The translations under genes and the position numbers were made by a program. Below the pieces are notes generated by a model that made no database searches, was not told the origin of the DNA, and saw only the letters and a list, made by a program, of their open reading frames with translations. A stretch of DNA of 64,000 nt from the human T2T-CHM13v2.0 reference genome, Homo sapiens. Location: assembly GCF_009914755.1 (NCBI RefSeq), contig NC_060938.1. One strand, written 5' to 3'. Below, piece by piece: positions 38,801-52,300 of this stretch (within the stretch, counting starts at the first letter, position 1; every line of letters starts with the position of its first letter).

Positions 38801-41800
38801 TCCATTCCATTCCATTCCATACCATTCCTCTCGGGTTGATTCCATACCATTCCATTCCATTCCACTCGGGTTGATTCTTTTCCATTCCATTCCATTCCAT
38901 TCCATTCCATTCCATTCCACTCCATTCCAATCTATTCCATTCCACTCGGGTTTATTCCATTCCATTCCATTCCATTTTAGTCCACTCCACTCGGGTTGCT
39001 TCCATTCCATTCCATTCCATTCCATTCCATTCCATTCCATTCCATTCCGTTGCGTTCCATTCGTGTTGATTCCATTGCATTCCATTCATTCCACTCCATT
39101 CCATTCCATTTCATTCCATTCCAGTTGATTCCATTTCTTTCCATTCCATTCCATTCCATTCCATTCCATTCCATTCCATTCCATTCTACTCGGGTTGATT
39201 CCATTCCATTCCATTTGATTCCATTCGATTTCATTCCACTGGTGTTTATTCCATTCCACTCCATTCATTTCCATTCCATTCGGGTTTATTCCATTTCATT
39301 CCATTCCATTCCATTCCATTGCATTGCTTTCCTTTCAATTCTATTCCTTTCCATTCCATTCCATTTGTGTTGATTCCATTCCATTCCATTCCATTCCATT
39401 CTGCTCCATTGCAATCCATTACATTCCACTCGTGTTGAATCCTTTCCATTCCATTCCAATGCATTCCCTTCCATTCAATTCCACTCGGATACAATCAATT
39501 CCATTCTATGCCATTCCGTTATGTTCCACTCCATTCCATTGCATTCCATACCATTCCATTCCTCTCGGGTTGATTCCATTGAATTCCATCCCATTCCATT
39601 CCCTTCCATTCTATTGCATTCCATTCCATTCCATTCTACTCGTGTTGACTCCCTTCCATTCCATTCCATTCCATTCCTCTTTTGTTGATTCCATTCCGTT
39701 CCTTTCCATTGCATTCCATTCCATTCCATTCCATTCCGTTCCATTCCATTCGTGTTGATGCCTTTCCAATCCATACCTGTCCATTCCATTTCATTCCATT
39801 CCGTTCCATTCCTTTCGTGTTGATTAAATTCCATTCCATTCCACTCCATTCCAATCCATTACATTCCACTTGGATTGAATCCATTCCTTTCCATTCCAAT
39901 CCATTCCATTCCTTTCCAATCCTTTCCATTTCATTCAATTCCACATGGACTCAATCTATTCTTTCCATTCCGTTCCGTTCTGTTCCATTCCAGTCCATTG
40001 CATTAGATACCAATCCATTCCACTTGTGATGATTCCATTCAATTCCATTTTATTCCGTTCAATTCCATTGAATTCCATTCCATTCCATTCCACTCGTTTG
40101 GATTGCATTCCATTCCAATCCACTCTGGTGGAATCCATTCCATTCCATTCCATTCCAATCCATTCCATTCCATTCCACTCTGGTTGATTCCATTCCGTTC
40201 CTTTCCATTCCATTCCATTCCATTCCATTCCATTCCATTCGATTCCAATCCATTCCATTCCATTCCATTCCATTCCATTCCAATCCATTCCATTCCACTC
40301 CACTCTCGTTGATTCCATTCCATTCCATTCCATTCTACTCCATTCCACTCAGGTTGATTCCATTCCATTCCATTCCATTTTATTCCATTCCATTCCGTTC
40401 CATTCCATTCCATTCCATACCATTCCTCTCGGGTTGATTCCATACCATTCCATTCCATTCCACTCAGGTTGATTCTTTTTCATTCCATTCCATTCCATTC
40501 CATTCCATTCCATTCCATTCCATTCCACTCCACTCCATTCCATTCCATTCCATTTGTGTTGCTTCCATTCCATTCCATTCCATTCCATTCCATTCCACTC
40601 CATTCCAATACATTGCATTCCACTTGGGTTGAATCCTTTCCATTCCATTCCAATGCATTCCGTTCCATTCAATTCCACACGGATTCAATCAATTCCATTC
40701 TATTCCATTCCATTCCATTCCATTCCGTTGCATTACATTCGTGTTGTTTCCATTGCATTCCATTCCATTCCACTCCATTCCATTCCATTTCATTCCATTC
40801 CAGTTGATTCCATTCCTTTCCATTCCATTCCATTCCGTTCCATTCCGTTCCATTCTACTCGGGTTGATTCCATTCCATTCCATTTCATTCCATTCGATTT
40901 CATTCCACTGGTGTTTATTCCATTCCACTCCCTTCCATTCCATTCCATTCGGGTTTATTCCATTTCATTCCATTCCATTCCATTCCATTCCATTCCATTG
41001 CATTCCATTCCTTTCCATTCTATTCCATTCCATTCCATTCCATTTGTGTTGATTCCATTCCATTCCATTCCATTCCATTCCACTCCATTCCAATCCATTG
41101 CATTCCACTCGATTTATATCCTTTCCATTCCATTCCAATGCATTCTCTTCCATTCAATTCCACTCGGATTCAATCAATTCCATTCTATTCCATTCCGTTC
41201 TGTTACACTCCATTCCATTAGCATTCCATACCATTCCATTCCACTCGGGTTATTCCATTGAATTCCATACCATTCCATTCCAATCCATTCTGTTGCATTC
41301 CATTCCATTCCATTCCACTCGTGTTGATTCCCTTCCATTCCATTCCATTTCATTCAACTTGGGTTGATTCCATTCCATTCCTTTCCATTGCATTCCATTC
41401 CATTCCATTCCATTCCATTCCATTCCATTCCATTCCGTTCCATTCCATTCGTGTTGATGCCATTCCAATCCATACCATTCCATTCCATTCCATTCCATTC
41501 CGTCCCATTCTTTTCGTGTTGATTCCATTCCATTCCATTCCACTCCATTCCAATCCATTACATTCCACTAGGGTTGAATCCATTCCTTTCCATTCCAATC
41601 CATTCCATTCCTTTCCAATCCATTCCATTCCATGCAATTCCACTTGGATTCAATCTATTCTTTCTATTCCATTCCATTCTGTTCCATTCCATTCCATTGC
41701 ATTAGATACCATTCCATTCCACTCGGGATGATTCCATTCAATTCCATTTTATTCCGTTCAATTCCATTGCATTCCATTCCATTCCATTCCGCTCGTGTGG

Positions 41801-44800
41801 ATTCCATTCCATTCCATTCCATTCCATTCCATTCCATTCCATTCCACTCGGGTTGATTCCATTCCATTCCATTCCATTCCATTCCATTCCATTCCACTCC
41901 ATTCCATTCCACTCCATTCCATTCCATTCCATTCCACTCCATTCCAATCCATTCCATTCCGCTCGGGTTGATTCCATTCCATTCCATTCCATTCCATTCC
42001 CTTCCACTCAGGTTGATTCCTTTCCATTCCATTCCATTTTATTCCACTCCACTCGGGTTGATTCCATTGCATTCCACTCCATTCCGTTCCATTCCATTCG
42101 ATTCTATTCCATTCCATTCCATTCCACTCCACTCCGGTTGATTCCATTCCATTCCATTCCATTCCATTCCATTCCATTCCATTCCATTCCACTCGGGTTG
42201 ATTCCATTCCATTCCATTCCATTCCATTCCATTCCATTCCATTGCATTCCACTCCATTCCATTCCATTCCATTTCATTCCACTCCATTCCATTCCATTCC
42301 ATTCCACTCCATTCCAATCTATTCCATTCCACTCGGGTTGATTCTATTCCATTCCATTCCATTCCATTCCATTCCATTCCATTCCATTCCATTCCATTAC
42401 TTTCCCCTCAGGTTGATTCCTTTCCATTCCATTCCATTTTATTCCACTCCACTCGGGTTGATTCCATTCCATTCCATTCCATTCCATTCCATTCCATTGC
42501 ATTCCATTCGTCTTGATTCCATTGCATTCCATTCCATTCCACTCCATTCCATTCCATTTCCTTCCATTCCAGTTGATTCCATTCCATTCCATTCCATTCC
42601 ATTCCATTCCATTCCATTCCATTCTACTCGGGTTGATTCAATTCCATTCCATTTGATTCCATTTGATTTCATTCCACTGGTGTTTATTCCATTCCACTCC
42701 ATTCCATTCATTTCCATTCCATTCGGGTTTATTCCATTTCATTCCATTCCATTCCATTCCATTGCATTCCATTCCTTTCAATTCTATTCCATTCCATTCC
42801 ATTCCATTTGTGTTGATTCCATTCCATTCCATTCCATTCCATTCCGCTCCATTGCAATCCATTACATTCCACTCGTGTTGAATCATTTCCATTCCATTCC
42901 AATGCATTCCCTTCCATTCAATTCCACTCGGATACAATCAATTCCATTCTATTCCATTCCGTTCTGTTCCACTCCATTCCATTGCATTCCTTACCATTCC
43001 ATTCCTCTCGGGTTGATTCCATTGAATTCCATCCCATTCCATTCCATTCTATTGCATTCCATTCCATTCCATTCCACTCGTGTTGATTCCCTTCCATTCC
43101 ATTCCATTCCATTCCACTTTTGTTGATTCCATTCCGTTCCTTTCCATTGCATTCCATTCCATTCCATTCCATTCCATTCCGTTCCATTCCATTCGTGTTG
43201 ATGCCATTCCAATCCATAACATTCCATTCCATTTCATTCCATTCCGTTCCATTCCTTTCGTGTTGATTAAATTCCATTCCATTCCACTCCATTCCAATCT
43301 ATTACATTCCATTTGGATTGAATCCATTCCTTTCCATTCCAATCCATTCCATTCCTTTCCAATCCATTCCATTTCATTCAATTCCACATGGACTCAATCT
43401 ATTCTTTCCATTCCATTCCGTTCTGTTCCATTCCAGTCCATTGCATTAGATACCAATCCATTCCACTTGCGATGATTCCATTCAATTGCATTATATTCCG
43501 TTCAATTCCATTGAATTCCATTCCATTCCATTCCACTCGGGTGGATTCCATTCCATTCCAATCCACTCGGGTGGAATCCATTCCATTCCATTCCATTCCA
43601 ATCCATTCCATTCCACTCCACTCTGGTTGATTCCATTCCGTTCCTTTCCATTCCATTCCATTCCATTCCATTCCATTCCATTCCAATCCATTCCATTTCA
43701 TTCCATTCCATTCCATTCCATTCCATTCCAATCCATTCCATTCCACTCCACTCTGGTTGATTCCATTCCATTCCATTCCATTCCATTCCATTCCACTCAG
43801 GTTGATTCCATTCCATTCCATTCCATTTTATTCCATTCCATTACGTTCCATTCCATTCCATTCCATACTATTCCTCTCGGTTTGATTCCATACCATTCCA
43901 TTCCATTCCACTCGGGTTGATTCTTTTCCATTCCATTCCACTCCATTCCATTCCATTCCATTCCACTCCATTCCAATCCATTCCATTCCACTCCATTCCA
44001 ATCCATTCCATTCCACTCGGGTTTATTCCATTCCATTCCATTCCATTTTAGTCCACTCCACTCGGGTTGCTTCCATTCCATTCCATTCCATTCCTTTCCA
44101 TTCCATTCCATTCCATTCCATTCCATTCCATTCCATTGCATTTCATTCGTGTTGATTCCATTGCATTCCATTCATTCCACTCCATTCCATTCCATTTCAT
44201 TCCATTCCAGTTGATTCCATTCCTTTCCATTCCATTCCATTCCATTCCATTCCGTTCCATTCTACTCGGGTTGATTCCGTTCCATTCCATTTCATTCCAT
44301 TCGATTTCATTCCACTGGTGTTTATTCCATTCCACTCTATTCCATTCCATTCCATTCGGGTTTATTCCAATTCATTCCATTCCATTCCATTCCACTCCAT
44401 TCCATTCCTTTCCATTCTATTCCATTCCATTCCATTCCATTTGTGTTGCTTCCATTCCATTCCATTCCATTCCACTCCATTCCAATCCATTACATTCCAC
44501 TCGGGTTGAATCCTTTCCATTCCATTCCAATGCATTCCCTTCCATTCAATTCCACACGGATTCCATCAATTCCATTCTATTCCATTCCATTCCATTCCAT
44601 TCCATTGCATTCCATTCGTGTTGATTCGATTGCATTCCATTCCATTCCACTCCATTCCATTCCATTTCATTCCATTCCAGTTGATTCCATTCCTTTCCAT
44701 TCCATTCCATTCCTTTCCATTCCGTTCCATTCTACTCGGGTTGTTTCCATTCCATTCCATTTCATTCCATTCGATTTCATTCCACTGGTGTTTATTCCAT

Positions 44801-47800
44801 TCCACTCCATTCCATTCCATTCCATTCGGGTTTATTCCATTTCATTCCATTCCATTCCATTCCATTGCATTCCATTCCTTTCCATTCTATTCCATTCCAT
44901 TCCATTCCATTTGTGTTGATTCCATTCCATTCCATTCCATTCCATTCCGCTCCTTTGCAATCCATTACATTCCACTCGTGTTGAATCTTTCCATCCCATT
45001 CCAATGCATTCCCTTCCATTCAATTCCACTCGGATACAATCAATTCCATTCTATTCCATTCCGTTCTGTTCCACTCCATTCCATTGCATTCCATACCATT
45101 CCATTCCACTCGGGTTGATTCCAATGAATTCCATCCCATTCCATTCCATTCCATTCTATTGCATTCCATTCCATTCCATTCCACTCGTGTTGATTCCCTT
45201 CCATTCCATTCCATTCCATTCCACTTTTGTTGATTCCATTCCGTTCCTTTCCATTGCATTCCATTCCATTCCATTCCATTCCATTCCATTCCATTCCATT
45301 CCACTTGGGTTGATTCCATTCCGTTCCTTTCCATTGCATTCCATTCCATTCCATTCCATTCCATTCCATTCCATTCCGTTCCGTTCCATTCGTGTTGATG
45401 CCATTCCTATCCATACCATTCCATTCCATTCCATTCCATTCCATTCCGTCCCATTCTTTTCGTGTTGATTCCATTCCATTCCATTCCACTCCATTCCAAT
45501 CCATTACATTCCACTCGGGTTGAATCCATTCCTTTCCATTCCAATCCATTCCATTCCTTTCCAATCCATTCCATTCCATTCCATTCCACTTGGATTCAAT
45601 CTATTCTTTCCATTCCATTCCGTTCTGTTCCATTCCATTCCATACCATTCCACTCGGGTTGATTCCATACCATTCCATTCCATTCCACTCGGGTTGATTC
45701 TTTTCCATTCCATTCCATTCCATTCCATTCCATTCCATTCCATTCCACTCCATTCCATTCCATTCCATTCCACTTCATTCCAATCCATTCCATTCCACTC
45801 GGGTTGATTCCATTCCATTCCATTCCATTTTAGTCCACTCCACTCGGGTTGATTCCATTCCATTCCATTCCATTCCATTCCATTCCATTGCATTCCATTC
45901 GTGTTTATTCCATTGTATTCCATTCATTCCACTCAATTCCATTCCATTTGATTCCATTCCAGTTGATTCCATTCCTTTCCATTCCATTCCATTCCATTCC
46001 ATCCCGTTCCATTCTACTCGCGTTGATTCCATTCCATTCCATTTCATTCCATTCGATTTCATTCCACCGGTGTTTATTCCATTCCACTCCATTCCATTCC
46101 ATTCCATTCGGGTTTATTCCATTCCATTCCATTGCATTCCATTCCATTCCATTGCATTCCATTCCTTTCCATTCTATTCCATTCCATTCCATTCCATTTG
46201 TGTTGATTCCATTCCATTCCATTCCATTCCATTCCACTCCATTCCTATCCATTACATTCCACTCATGCTGAATCCTTTCCATTCCATTCCAATGCATTCC
46301 CTTCCATTCAATTCCACTCGGATACAATCAATTCCATTCTATTCCATTCCGTTCTGTTCCACTCCATTCCATTGCATTCCATACCATTCCATTCCACTCG
46401 GGTTGATTCAATTGAATTCCATCCCATTCCATTCCATTCCATTGTATTGCATTCCAGTCCATTCCATTCCACTCGTGTTGATTCCCTTCCATTCCATTCC
46501 ATTCCATTCCACTTTTGTTGATTCCATTCTGTTCCTTTCCATTGCATTCCATTGCATTCCATTCCATTCCATTCCATTCCTTTCCATTCCATTCGTGTTG
46601 ATGCCATTCCAATCCATACCATTCCATTCCATTTCATTCCATTCTGTTCCATTCCTTTGGTGTTGATTAAATTCCATTCCATTCCACTCCATTCCAATCC
46701 ATTCCATTCCTTTCCACTCTGGTTGATTCCATTCCATTCCATTCCATTTTATTCCATTCCATTCCGTTCCATTCCATTCCATTCCATATCATTCCACTCG
46801 GGTTGATTCCATACCATTCCATTCCATTCCACTCGGGTTGATTCTTTTCCATTCCATTCCCCATTCCATTCCATTCCATTCGACTCCATTCCAATCCATT
46901 CCATTCCACACGGGTTGATTCCATTCCATTCCATTCCATTTTAGACCACTCCACTCGTGTTGATTCCATTCCATTCCGTTCCATTCCATTCCATTCCATT
47001 CCATTCCTTTCCATTCCATTGCATTCCATTCGTGTTGATTCCATTGCATTCCATTCATTCCACTCAATTCTATTCCATTTCATTCCATTCCAGGTGATTC
47101 CATTCTTTTCGATTCCATTCCATTCCATTCCATTCCGTTCCCTTCTACTCGGGTTGATTCCATTCCATTCCATTTCATTCCATTCGATTTCATTCCACTG
47201 GTGTTTATTCCATTCCACTCCATTCCATTCCATTCCATTCCATTCGGGTTTATTCCATTTCGTTCCATTCCATTCCATTCCATTGCATTCCATTCCTTTC
47301 CATTCTATTCCATTCCATTCCATTCCATTTGTGTTGATTCCATTCCATTCCATTCCATTCCATTCCACTCCATACCAATGCATTACATTCCACTCGGATG
47401 GAATCCTTTCCATTCCTTTGCAATGCATTCCCTTCCATTCAATTCCACTCGGATTCAATCAATTCCGTTCTATGCCATTCCGTTCTTTTCCACTCCATTC
47501 CATTGCATTCCATACCATTCCATTCCACTCGGCTTGATTCCATTGAATTCCATCCCATTCCATTCCATTCCAATCTATTGCTTTCCATTCCATTCCATTC
47601 CACTCGTGTAGATTCTCTTCCATTCCATTCCACTTTTGTTGATTCCATTCCGTTCCTTTCCATTGCATTCCATTCCATTCCATTCCATTCCATTCCATTC
47701 CGTTCCATTCCATTCGTGTTGATGCCATTCCAATCCATACCATTCCATTACATTTCATTCCATTCCGTTCCATTCCTTTCGTGTTGATTAAATTCCATTC

Positions 47801-48200
47801 CATTCCACTCCATTCCAATCCATAACATTCCACTTGGGTTGAATCCATTCCTTTCCATTCCAATCCATTCCATTCCTTTCCAATCCATTCCATTTCATTC
47901 AATTCCACATGGACTCAATCTATTCTTTCCATTCCATTCCGTTCTGTTCCATTCCAGTCCATTGCATTAGATACCAATCCATTCCACTTGGGATGATTCC
48001 ATTCAATTCCATTATATTCCGTTCAATTCCGTTGAATTCCATTCCAATCCATTCCACTCAGGTGGATTCCATTCCATTCCATTCCACTCTGGTTGATTCC
48101 ATTCCGTTCCTTCATTCCATTCCATTCCATTCCATTCCAATCCATTCCATTCTACTCCACTCTGGTTGATTCCATTCCATTCCATTCCATTCCATTCCAT
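35820..48200 (+). repeat. Older, more diverged family-B units (period ~1.6-2.6 kb)
   Basis: Landmark caatctattcttt at ~35713, 38327, 39945, 41644, 43388, ~45590 and 47909. Copies differ by many private substitutions and internal deletions. Confidence 0.75.
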
Positions 48201-49300
48201 TCCATTCCATTTCACTCGGGTTGATTCCATTCCATTCCATTCCATTTTATTCCATTCCATTCCGTTCCATTCCATTACATTCCATACCATTCCACTCGGG
48301 TTGATTCCATACCATTCCATTCCATTCCACTCGGGTTGATTCTTTTCCATTCCATTCCATTCCATTCCATTCCATTCCATTCCATTCCTCTCCATTCCAT
48401 TCCATTCCATTCCACTCCATTCCAATCCATTCCATTCCACTCGGGTTGACTCCATTCCATTCCATTCCATTTTAATCCACTTCACTCGGGTTGATTCCAT
48501 TCCATTCCATTCCATTCCATTCCATTCCATTCCATTGCATTCCATTCGTGTTGATTCCATTGCATTCCATTCATTCCACTCCATTCCATTCCATTTCATT
48601 CCATTCCATTTCACTCGGGTTGATTCCATTCCATTCCATTTCATTTTATTCCATTCCATTCCCTTCCATTCCATTACATTCCATACCATTCCACTCGGGT
48701 TGATTCCATACCATTCCATTCCATTCCACTCGGGTTGATTCTTTTCCATTCCATTCCATTCCATTCCATTCCATTCCTCTCCATTCCATTCCATTCCATT
48801 GCACTCCATTCCAATCCATTCCATTCCACTCGGGTTGACTCCATTCCATTCCATTCCATTTTAATCCACTTCACTCGGGTTGATTCCATTCCATTCCATT
48901 CCATTCCATTCCATTCGTGTTGATTCCATTGCATTCCATTCCATTCCAATCCATTCCATTCCACTCCACTCTGGTTGATTCCATTCCATTCCATTCCATT
49001 CCATTCCATTCCATTCCATTTCACTCGGGTTGATTCCATTCCATTCCATTCCATTTTATTCCATTCCATTCCGTTCCATTCCATTACATTCCATACCATT
49101 CCACTATGGTTGATTCCATACCATTCCATTCCATTCCACTCGGGTTGATTCTTTTCCATTCCATTCCATTCCATTCCATTCCATTCCATTCCATTCCTCT
49201 CCATTCCATTCCATTCCATTCCACTCCATTCCAATCCATTCCATTCCACTCGGGTTGACTCCATTCCATTCCATTCCAATTTAATCCACTCCACTCGGGT
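48200..49300 (+). repeat. Local ~400 bp triplication
   Basis: tttcactcgggttg (~48210, ~48609, ~49019), ttacattccatacc (~48275, ~48674, ~49084), ttcctctcc (~48385, ~48774, ~49194) and gggttgactcc..tttaatccac (48443, 48832, 49252). Confidence 0.85.
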
Positions 49301-52300
49301 TGATTCCATTCCTTTCCATTCCATTCCATTCCATTCCATTCCGTTCCATTCTACTCGGGTTGATTCCATTCCATTCCATTTCATTCCATTCGATTTCATT
49401 CCACTGGTGTTTATTCCATTCCACTCCATTCCATTCCATTTCATTCCATTCGGGTTTATTCCATTCCATTCCATTCCATTCCATTCCATTGCATTCCATT
49501 CTTTTCCATTCTATTCTATTCCATTCCATTCCATTTGTGTTGATTCCATTCCATTCCATTCCATTCCATTCTACTCCATTCTAATCCATTACATTCCACT
49601 CGGGTTGAATCCTTTCCAATCCATTCCAATGCATTCCCTTCCATTCAATTCCACTCGGATTCAATCAATTCCATTCTATTCCATTCCGTTCTGTTCCACT
49701 CCATTCCATTGCATTCCATACCATTCCATTCCACTCGGGTTGATTCCATTCAATTCCATCCCATTCCATTGCATTCCATTCTATTGCGTTCCATTCCATT
49801 CCATTCCACTCGTGTTGATTCCCTTCCATTCCATTCCATTTCATTCCACTTGGGTTGATTTCATTCCGTTCCTTTCCATTGCATTCCATTCCATTCCATT
49901 CCATTCCATTCCGTTCCATTCCATTCGTGTTGATGCCATTCCAATCCATACCAATTCCTTTCCATTCCATTCCATTCCGTCCCGTTCTTTTCGTGTTGAT
50001 TCCATTCCATTCCATTCCACTCCATTCCAATCCATTACATTCCACTTGGGTTGAATCCATTCCTTTCCATTCCAATCCATTCCATTCCTTTCCAATCCAT
50101 TCCATTCCATTCAATTCCACTTGGATTCAATCTATTCTTTCCATTCCATTCCATTCTGTTCCATTCCATTCCATTGCATTAGATACCATTCCATTCCACT
50201 CGGGATGATTCCATTCAATTCCATTATATTCCGTTCAATTCTATTGCATTCCATTCCATTCCATTCCACTCGGGTGGATTCCATTCCATTCCATTCCATT
50301 CCATTCCATTCCATTCCACTCTGGTTGATTCCATTCCGTTCCTTTCCATTCCATTCCATTCCATTCCATTCCATTCCATTCCATTCCACTCCATTCCAAT
50401 CCATTCCATTCCACTCGGGTTGATACCATTCCATTCCATTCCATTCCATTCCATTCCACTCAGGTTGATTCATTTCCATTCCATTCCATTTTATTCCACT
50501 AAACACGGGTTGATTCCATTCCATTCCATTCCAGTGCATTCCATTCGTGTTGATTCCATTGCATTCCATTCCATTCCACTCCATTCCATTCCATTTCATT
50601 CCTTTCCAGTTGATTCCATTCCTTTCCATTCCATTCCATTCCATTCCATTCCATTCCGTTCCATTCTACTCGGGTTGTTTCCATTCCATTCCATTTCATT
50701 CTATTCGATTTCATTCCACTGGTGTTTATTCCATTCCAATCCATTCCATTCATTTCCATTCCATTCGGTTTTATACCATTTCATTCCATTCCATTCCATT
50801 TCATTTCATTCCATTCCTTTCCATTCTATTCCATTCCATTCCATTCCATTTGTGTTGATTCCATTACATTCCATTCCATTCCATTCCATTCCATTCCATT
50901 CCACTCCATTCCAATCCATTACATTCCACTCGGGTTGAATCCTTTCCATTCCATTCCAATGCATTCCCTTCCATTCAATTCCACTCGGATTCAATCAATT
51001 CCATTCTATTCCATTCCGTTCTGTTCCACTCCATTCCATTGCATTCCATACCATTCCATTCCACTCGGGTTGATTCCATTGAATTCCATCCCATTCCATT
51101 CCATTCCATTCTATTGCATTCCATTCCATTCCATTCCACTCGTGTTGATTCCCTTCCATTCCATTCCATTCCATTCCATTCCACTTTTGTTGATTCCATT
51201 CCGTTCCTTTCCATTGCATTCCATTCCATTCCATTCCATTCCATTCCATTCCATTCCATTCCATTCCGTTCCATTCCATTCGTGTTGATGCCATTCCAAT
51301 CCATACCATTCCATTCCATTTCATTCCATTCCGTTCCATTCCTTTCGTGTTGATTAAATTCCATTCCATTCCACTCCATTCCAATCCATTACATTCCACT
51401 TGGGTTGAATCCATTCCTTTCCATTCCAATCCATTCCATTCCTTTCCAATCCATTCCTTTTCATTCAATTCCACATGGACTCAATCTATTCTTTCCATTC
51501 CATTCCGTTCTCTTCCATTCCCGTCCATTGCATTAGATACCAATCCATTCCACTTGGGATGATTCCATTCAATTCCATTATATTCCGTTCAATTCCGTTG
51601 AATTCCATTCCATTCCATTCCACACGGGTGGATTCCATTCCATTCCATTCCACTCGGGTGGATTCCGTTCGATTCCATTCCATTCCAATCCATTCCATTC
51701 CATTCCACTCTGGTTGATTCCATTCCGTTCCTTCATTCCATTCCATTCCATTCCATTCCATTCCATTCCATTCCATTCCATTCCAATCCATTCCATTCCA
51801 CTCCACTCTGGTTGATTCCATTCCATTCCATTCCATTCCACTCGGGTTGATTCCATTCCATTGCATTCCATTTTATTCCATTCCATTCCGTTCCATTCCA
51901 TTCCATTCCATACCATTCCACTCGGGTTGATTCCATACCATTCCATTCCATTCCACTCGGGTTGATTCTTTTCCATTCCATTCCATTCCATTCCATTCCT
52001 CTCCATTCCATTGCATTCCATTGCACTCCATTCCAATCCATTCCATTCCACTCGGGTTGACTCCATTCCATTCCATTCCATTTTAATCCACTCCACTCGG
52101 GTTGATTCCATTCCATTCCATTCCATTCCATTCCATTCCATTGCATTCCATTCGTGTTGATTCCATTGCATTCCATTCCATTCCACTCCATTCCATTCCA
52201 TTTCCTTCCATTACAGTTGATTCCATTCCTTTCCATTCAATTCCATTCTATTCCATTCCATTCCATTCCATTCCATTCCACTCCATTCCAATCCATTACA

